Below are positions 58,582-64,000 of a stretch of 64,000 nt of DNA, piece by piece; the first letter of the stretch is position 1; each line of letters opens with the position of its first letter. The notes under the pieces were generated by a model. It was not told the origin of the DNA. It did not search any database and saw nothing but the letters and a program-made list of their open reading frames with translations. Position numbers and translations under genes: made by a program. Source of the stretch: an uncultured Candidatus Saccharibacteria bacterium (GTDB lineage: Bacteria; Patescibacteriota; UBA1384; CAILIB01; JAUSJZ01). Where the stretch lies: the NCBI GenBank assembly GCA_964421635.1, contig CAYQWZ010000006.1:165-64164 (forward strand), in the 5' to 3' direction.

Positions 58582-59334
58582 ATGAAACGGAATGTTTTAG
58601 TTGTTGCTAATTGGAAAAATAATACTACTCTTTCAGATGCTCATGTATTAGCTATGGGGGTCAGGAATGAAATCGAGCACCTCGATGGTGTTAAGGTTGT
58701 GCTTTGTCCGCCAGCTGTTTGGGTGACTGAAGTGAGAAACATTGTGCACGATCAAATTCATCACATGGGAGTAGGATTACAAGATATCTCAGCTGAGCAA
58801 CCGGGGCCAACTACAGGAGAAATTGCAGCAGACTTGGTGGAAAGCTTAATCGATTACGCAATTATTGGTCATTCTGAAACTCTTAAACTCCACAATTACG
58901 ATGTAGAGACAATTTCGGAAAAAATCCATTCGGCCTTGGCATCTAAAATTACGCCTATTATTTGTGTGGGCGAAAAGTCACAATCCTCAAGCTCTCGTCA
59001 TTCGCTGGCTCGTAAACTAGATTCATATTTGAAAGGAGTATCAGCGGAGAAGCGGTCAAAGTGTATTATTGCTTATGAGCCAATTTGGGCAATATCTGGG
59101 GGCTCAAAAAAATCACGACGCGCAGCTTCGGCCGAGTATGTCAACGATGTAGCAGTCCAGCTTAAGAAAGTGGTACCAGCTAATACCCGAGTTTTATATG
59201 GTGGCAGTGTTAGTGCTGAGAATATATTACAGTTTATAGCGCAGCCAGAAATTGATGGAGTTTTAGTTGGTGGCGCATCCCTTCATTTAAGAGAATTCAC
59301 TACATTAGTAAAAAACGCTGCGCGAGGCTCCTGA
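58582..59334 (+). CDS. tpiA: Triosephosphate isomerase
   Basis: VVANWKNN, AYEPIWAI, GGSV motifs. Confidence 0.85.
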   Translation: MKRNVLVVANWKNNTTLSDAHVLAMGVRNEIEHLDGVKVVLCPPAVWVTEVRNIVHDQIHHMGVGLQDISAEQPGPTTGEIAADLVESLIDYAIIGHSETLKLHNYDVETISEKIHSALASKITPIICVGEKSQSSSSRHSLARKLDSYLKGVSAEKRSKCIIAYEPIWAISGGSKKSRRAASAEYVNDVAVQLKKVVPANTRVLYGGSVSAENILQFIAQPEIDGVLVGGASLHLREFTTLVKNAARGS

Positions 59335-59335
59335 A

Positions 59336-60481
59336 ATGCATCTCTCTATATCTGATGTTGATGTTGCGCTTAAGCCTGTCATTTACCGAGTCGATTATAA
59401 CGAACCGGTGAAGGATGGCGTTGTTTTGAGTGATTTTCGTATTCGCGCTACGCTGCCAACACTTGATTATTTATTAAAGAACAAAGCCAAAGTAATAATT
59501 TTATCTCATTTTGGCCGACCTATGGGGCGGTTTGATCCGAAATACAGTTTGCGACCAATTGCTCAACATTTGATGAGTTTTTTTGATAAAACGCAAATAC
59601 AGATATCTGATGGAATTTTCGGCGATCAAATTTTGCAATCCTTAAGGTCTATGAAGCCAGGAAGTATTTTCTTTTTAGGCAACACCCGTTTCTTTCCTCA
59701 AGAAGAGAACAACGATTTTGAATTTGCTATGTCTATTTCTAAAATGGGGGAGATTTATGTATCAGACGCTTTTGGTGCATCGCACAGAAAACACGCCACT
59801 ACTACGCAGCTGCCAAAAATTATGGAGTCTTACCCAGGAATGTTAATGCAAAAAGAGGTGGCGGCACTCGATAGATTACGCAATAATCCTTCAAGACCTT
59901 TTACAGCCATTATTGGCGGGGCCAAGTTAAAAACAAAACTGTCTTTACTGAAGTCGTTGTTGCCCAAGGTTGATTATATTCTAGCCGGTGGGGCGATGGC
60001 TAATCTGCTAGCCAAGAGTATGGGTAGAAATATTGGCGAATCATTTACAGATGACTCGTTGTTGGAAATAGCCAAAGAGATGATTGAAAAATCTGAAGGA
60101 AAAATTATTCTGCCTGTAGACTTTATGAATGAAGGACGGGGAGAGAAGTTTCGCTATGTTGATATTGGTAATAAAACCGTTGAATTATTTAAACAGTATA
60201 TTGCTGGCTCGAAGGAGATATTTTGGAACGGTACTATGGGAATCGCTGAAGAAGCTCGTTTTGCCAACGGCACCCGCGCAATATCCGATGCCCTAATCAA
60301 CGCCAAAGGGGCGACTACAGTGGCGGGGGGCGACACAGTTTCCTATATTGAACAGAATAACATTATAGATAAATTTGACTTTGTCTCTACGGGTGGTGGG
60401 GCGGCGGTCGCCTATATTGCCGGTGAAAAATTGCCTGGAATCGACGCACTAAAAACTTGGGATACAACGACTACTGCATAG
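59336..60481 (+). CDS. pgk: Phosphoglycerate kinase
   Basis: RVDYNEP, ILSHFGRP, SDAFGASHR, GGGA motifs. Confidence 0.9.
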   Translation: MHLSISDVDVALKPVIYRVDYNEPVKDGVVLSDFRIRATLPTLDYLLKNKAKVIILSHFGRPMGRFDPKYSLRPIAQHLMSFFDKTQIQISDGIFGDQILQSLRSMKPGSIFFLGNTRFFPQEENNDFEFAMSISKMGEIYVSDAFGASHRKHATTTQLPKIMESYPGMLMQKEVAALDRLRNNPSRPFTAIIGGAKLKTKLSLLKSLLPKVDYILAGGAMANLLAKSMGRNIGESFTDDSLLEIAKEMIEKSEGKIILPVDFMNEGRGEKFRYVDIGNKTVELFKQYIAGSKEIFWNGTMGIAEEARFANGTRAISDALINAKGATTVAGGDTVSYIEQNNIIDKFDFVSTGGGAAVAYIAGEKLPGIDALKTWDTTTTA

Positions 60482-60538
60482 CTTGGCAAGTACTCTTAAA
60501 TCTGATAGAGTAAAGCACTGTAAACACTAAATTTAAGT

Positions 60539-61738
60539 ATGAAATCAAGCGCTAAAAAATTACCAAAAGCCAAATTTGAGTTATTAATTAAGGTTGCGGC
60601 CTCTGAGTTAGAAGAGTTTTTTGAGCAGGCTTTAAAAAAAGTTACTAATAAGCTATCTGTAAAAGGATTTCGCAAAGGCCGCGCTCCGCGAGATGTCGTT
60701 ATAAAAGAGGTAGGCCGCGCGGCTATTGAAAAAGAAGCTCTAGACTTGGCTATGAGCGATACTTACTTTTTGGCTTTGAAAGAGCATAAATTGAGCCCTA
60801 TTGCGCATCCGGCTATTGAAATTAAAAAATATCAGGCGGCTTCAAAAAATAAAGACGATATTGCATTAGAGTTTAAGGCAGAAGTAGTAGTCATGCCAGA
60901 AGTGAAACTGAAGAATATCGACAACATTAAGGTTAAAAAAATTGAGGCTCAAAAACCAACAGACGAGGAAGTGCAGAAAGTAGTAGACAATTTGCGTCGC
61001 CAAAAAGCCATGTACAAAGAAGTGAAGAGAGAAGCGCAAAAAGGCGACTGGGTAGATATTGGCTACAAGGGCAGCATTAATGGGGTAGAGCAAGAATCTA
61101 TGAAGAATAAGAATCATCCGGTCATATTAGGTGAAGGCTCATTAATTCCTGGTTTTGAAGAGAATATTATAGGATTAAAAAAAGGTGATAGCAAAAAATT
61201 TAAAATAAATTTTCCAAAAGATTATCATGCCAAAGATGTGGCTGGTAAACAGGCCCAGTTTGAGCTGCAGTTACATGAAGTAAAAGAAGTAGTCATGCCC
61301 GAGTATGACGCCATATTTACAAAAGATTTTGGCTACGACAAGCCAGACGAAATGCTAAAAGCTATTAAGGAAAATTTAGGAATTGAAAAAGAGCAAGACG
61401 CCGTAGCCCAAACGCAAAGTGCAGTAATGAAAGAGTTTGAAAAAAGAATTATTACCGAAATTCCTGACGAGATGAACAGCCAAGAAGTCGATCGAATGGT
61501 CGCTGAATTACAGCAGCGAGTTGAATCGCAGGGCCTAAAGTGGAATCAATATCTGCAATCCATTAAGCGTGATGTTGACCAAATTAAGAAAGACTTACTT
61601 TTGCAAGCTGAGCAAAATGTAAAGATAGGATTAGGCTTGGGCTCTCTAGTCAAAGAAAAAAATATTGAAATCAAGGACGAGAAGATGGTTGCCGCTCAAG
61701 CAGTTGAATGGCTCGTCAAACAGGCTACAACAAGCTAA
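60539..61738 (+). CDS. tig: Trigger factor
   Basis: GFRKGRAPRDVV ribosome-binding signature; PPIase-like middle domain; 399 aa. Confidence 0.85.
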   Translation: MKSSAKKLPKAKFELLIKVAASELEEFFEQALKKVTNKLSVKGFRKGRAPRDVVIKEVGRAAIEKEALDLAMSDTYFLALKEHKLSPIAHPAIEIKKYQAASKNKDDIALEFKAEVVVMPEVKLKNIDNIKVKKIEAQKPTDEEVQKVVDNLRRQKAMYKEVKREAQKGDWVDIGYKGSINGVEQESMKNKNHPVILGEGSLIPGFEENIIGLKKGDSKKFKINFPKDYHAKDVAGKQAQFELQLHEVKEVVMPEYDAIFTKDFGYDKPDEMLKAIKENLGIEKEQDAVAQTQSAVMKEFEKRIITEIPDEMNSQEVDRMVAELQQRVESQGLKWNQYLQSIKRDVDQIKKDLLLQAEQNVKIGLGLGSLVKEKNIEIKDEKMVAAQAVEWLVKQATTS

Positions 61739-61765
61739 AATAAAGACAATAACTAATTTGTAGTA

Positions 61766-62350
61766 ATGTCTTATTTAATACCAACTGTTTTAGAGAAATC
61801 GCAATATGGTGAGCGGGCTTACGATATCTACTCGCGATTACTAAAAGATCGTATTGTCTTTTTGGGTGGTCCAATTTCTGACGATGTAGCCAACTTAATT
61901 ATGGCACAGCTTTTATTTTTAGAGAGTGAAGATGCTGAGCGCGATATCCAGCTATATATTAATTCCCCTGGTGGTTCAGTAACGGCTGGTATGGCAATTT
62001 ACGACACTATGGAATATATTAAGCCAAAAGTTTCCACTATTTGTATGGGAATGGCCGCTTCTATGGGTGCTTTCTTGCTGGCTGCTGGGGAGCCGGGTAA
62101 GCGCTACGCGTTGCCGCATTCTAAAATTTTAATCCATCAAGTAATGGGTGGGGCCGAAGGTCAGGCTTCAGATATTGCCATTCATGCGCAAGAGATTATT
62201 CGTACTAAAAAAGAGATGAACGAGTTGCTTGCCAAAATGACGGGCAAAGATTTAAAGGCAATTGAGAAAGATACTGACCGAGATAAATTTCTAACCGCCG
62301 CCGCCGCTAAAGAGTACGGAATTATCGACAAAGTTATTGCTAAAGAATAA
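61766..62350 (+). CDS. clpP: ATP-dependent Clp protease proteolytic subunit
   Basis: GMAASMG (Ser), H and D triad context; 194 aa. Confidence 0.9.
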   Translation: MSYLIPTVLEKSQYGERAYDIYSRLLKDRIVFLGGPISDDVANLIMAQLLFLESEDAERDIQLYINSPGGSVTAGMAIYDTMEYIKPKVSTICMGMAASMGAFLLAAGEPGKRYALPHSKILIHQVMGGAEGQASDIAIHAQEIIRTKKEMNELLAKMTGKDLKAIEKDTDRDKFLTAAAAKEYGIIDKVIAKE

Positions 62351-62371
62351 GCCGCCCCGAGGGGCGGCTTC
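62349..62371. terminator. Bidirectional rho-independent terminator (gccgcccc-gag-gggcggc)
   Basis: Perfect 8-bp GC stem between convergent clpP and the minus-strand small genes. Confidence 0.65.
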
Positions 62372-62395
62372 TTGGTCGTCGAAATCGAACTTGGT

Positions 62396-62623
62396 TCATT
62401 GCGTCACTTCTTGTTTTGCTTGTTCAGGTTGCGTTTCTTCGTAGATGCGTTGGGTGTCGGTACTGCCTTGCTGATACCCGTCGCTGTGACCGATAGCGTA
62501 CATCTGTTTCCCGTACAAATGGGCGCCCACCATCATCAGCAGACCAATGAGTAGCACCAAGACCAGAACAAGGCTGGTGAATCTGCTGTTTCGTCGCTGC
62601 TGTTCCGCGTAGTTACGGCTCAT
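62396..62623 (-). CDS. Small TM protein (75 aa), paralogue of upstream gene (shared Y..GY..GYQQG motif)
   Basis: ATG 62623 with GGAG SD lying inside the 3' end of the upstream paralogue; one TM. Confidence 0.45.
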   Translation of the reverse strand: MSRNYAEQQRRNSRFTSLVLVLVLLIGLLMMVGAHLYGKQMYAIGHSDGYQQGSTDTQRIYEETQPEQAKQEVTQ

Positions 62624-62807
62624 GGGGATACTCCTGAGCTTCGATCACTCCTTGCTGGTAGCCACTTGCGTAGCCAGTCCAGTACATCTCGTGGCTGAGT
62701 TTGACAGCGAAGCCAAGCACCAGCCCGATGATGATTGTTCCCGCTACCAGTATTCTGGTAACGAGTTTAAGATTGCTTTGCAGCAGTGCTCGGTAGTCTT
62801 CGCTCAT
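62613..62807 (-). CDS. Small TM protein (64 aa from ATG 62807), paralogue of 62396..62623
   Basis: AGGAG SD 8 nt upstream of ATG 62807; the ORF-track start 62864 extends through the promoter; YWTGYASGYQQG motif. Confidence 0.45.
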   Translation of the reverse strand: MSEDYRALLQSNLKLVTRILVAGTIIIGLVLGFAVKLSHEMYWTGYASGYQQGVIEAQEYPHEP

Positions 62808-62835
62808 GTTGCGCACTCCTTTCTCGAACGGGTAT

Positions 62836-62864
62836 AATTTAACAAATAAACTGCTGTTTGTCAA
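62836..62864 (-). promoter_or_regulatory. Sigma70-like promoter for the small TM protein operon (TTGACA, 17 nt, TAAATT)
   Basis: Minus strand reads cTTGACAaacagcagtttatttgtTAAATTatacc, then AGGAG and ATG. Confidence 0.5.
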
Positions 62865-62890
62865 GGTTGAATCTTAAATTAATTAAGGTG

Positions 62891-62919
62891 TTGACTCCCG
62901 TATATTATTATGGTTATAT
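62891..62919 (+). promoter_or_regulatory. Putative rRNA operon promoter (TTGACT, 17 nt, TTATAT)
   Basis: ggtgTTGACTcccgtatattattatggTTATATatt, ~150 nt upstream of 16S 5' end. Confidence 0.45.
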
Positions 62920-63067
62920 ATTAAAGCACAGCCAGATTACTGCTGGCTTGTATTTAATTGAAACTGAAAAATTAGAAGTAGAAGAAATTACCATTTCTTC
63001 TGCAGTAAGAACCGTAAATTCTTTTTGAGCTTTAGGGTCTGATTGCACCATATACGCAATCGTTTTG

Positions 63068-64000
63068 TATATTTAAGAGTTTGATCCTGGCTCAGGACTA
63101 ACGTTGGCGATGTGCCTAACACATGCAAGTCGAGCGGCCCTTCGGGGCAGCGGCAGACGGCTGAGTAACACGTCCGTAACATACCCCAAAGCGGGGGATA
63201 GCTCGTCGAAAGACGGGGTAATACCCCATGTGGTGTCACCATAATTTGGTGCCATTAAAGTATTTATACACTTTGGGAGTGGCGGGCGGCCTATCAGGTT
63301 GTTGGTGAGGTAAAGGCTCACCAAGCCTACGACGGGTAGCTGGTCTGAGAGGATGTACCAGCCAGACCGGGACTGAGACACGGCCCGGACTCCTACGGGA
63401 GGCAGCAGTTGGGAATTTTGCACAATGGACGAAAGTCTGATGCAGCAACATCGCGTGTAGGAAGACGCACTTCGGTGTGTAAACTACTTTTATTTGGGAA
63501 TAATTTTTTGAAGGTACCTTATGAATAAGCACCGGCTAATCTCGTGCCAGCAGCCGCGGTAATACGAGAGGTGCAAACGTTGTCCGGAATTACTGGGCGT
63601 AAAGAGTACGTAGGTGGTTTGATAAGTCGTTTATTAAAGATCAGGGCTTAACCCTGGGAATGTGAGCGAAACTGTCTTACTTGAGTTAAGCAGAGGTGTG
63701 CGGAACACTCGGTGAAGGGGTGACATCCGTTGATATCGAGTGGAACACCAAAGGCGAAAGCAGCACACTGGGCTTTAACTGACACTGAGGTACGAAAGCG
63801 TAGGTAGCGATCGGGATTAGATACCCCGGTAGTCTACGCTGTAAACGCTGCTCACTAGGCATTGGAAAGTATCGACCCTCTTTAGTGCCAAAGCTAACGC
63901 GTTAAGTGAGCCGCCTGGGGAGTACGAACGCAAGTTTAAAACTCAAAGGAATTGGCGGGGAGACGCACAAGTGGTGGAGCGTGTGGTTTAATTCGATGCT
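63068..64000 (+). rRNA. rrs: 16S ribosomal RNA, 5' ~930 nt (continues beyond window)
   Basis: AGAGTTTGATCCTGGCTCAG at 63076, GTGCCAGCAGCCGCGGTAATAC at ~63545, ATTAGATACCCCGGTAGTC, AAACTCAAAGGAATTGGCGG; overlapping minus-strand ORFs are spurious. Confidence 0.92.

Noticed and set aside
62988-63532. Minus-strand ORFs 62988..63242, 63073..63423, 63236..63532
   Set aside because: They lie antisense within the 16S rRNA gene and its leader, so they are spurious.

Overview
Mostly plus-strand bacterial chromosomal segment of ~64 kb with small housekeeping genes at ~40-45% GC (by eye) and short intergenic gaps. It ends in the 5' half of a divergent 16S rRNA gene. The gene content and shortened proteins (EF-Ts 150 aa, UvrC ~460 aa) are consistent with a reduced-genome Patescibacteria/CPR-like organism, which is inference only.

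Core genes recognised: uvrD/pcrA, yabE-like gene next to rsmA (ksgA), an OmpR-type response regulator next to an Nramp/MntH transporter, acyP-metG-tatD, mnmA, recG, comEA, tRNA-Leu(TAG), miaA, ftsE-ftsX-M23 peptidase-ctpA, lemA-receiver-htpX, ligA, gpmI, gatC-gatA-PPIase-gatB, mscS-like, htrA, pyrG, prfA-prmC, rpmE, rpsB-tsf, frr, rseP, proS, a second OmpR-type regulator, uvrC, tpiA-pgk, tig, clpP, and the rrs 5' part.

Five compositionally atypical insertions interrupt this core:
- **rSAM peptide cluster (best candidate for a novel system), 52981-56130.** An AT-rich cassette between proS and a response regulator, with a 17-codon two-Cys peptide ORF that has a Shine-Dalgarno (SD) site, a radical-SAM/SPASM enzyme, a protein with papain-like C39-type Q/C/H motifs, a 354-aa unknown protein, and an adjacent orphan OmpR-type regulator. 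This looks like an undescribed RiPP-like (ribosomally synthesised, post-translationally modified peptide) modification cluster.
- **High-GC minus-strand operon, ~8033-8990.** About 0.85 kb at ~65% GC carrying three translationally coupled small genes, two of them zinc-ribbon-like, bounded by GC hairpins.
- **tRNA-Leu-adjacent AT-rich island, 20938-24300.** Encodes a HEAT-repeat/SAM-methyltransferase fusion and a CYTH-domain protein, plus long perfect palindromes and a gene with an in-frame TAG.
- **PIN-domain toxin module, 3345-4047**, with a putative upstream antitoxin.
- **HicB/HicA-like pair, 48864-49513**, sitting where pyrH is usually found between tsf and frr.

Other notable items are a proline-rich pilin-like membrane protein split by a frameshift at a (CCCCAA)6 tract, three response regulators with no histidine kinase in the window, and several orphan hairpin/terminator elements.
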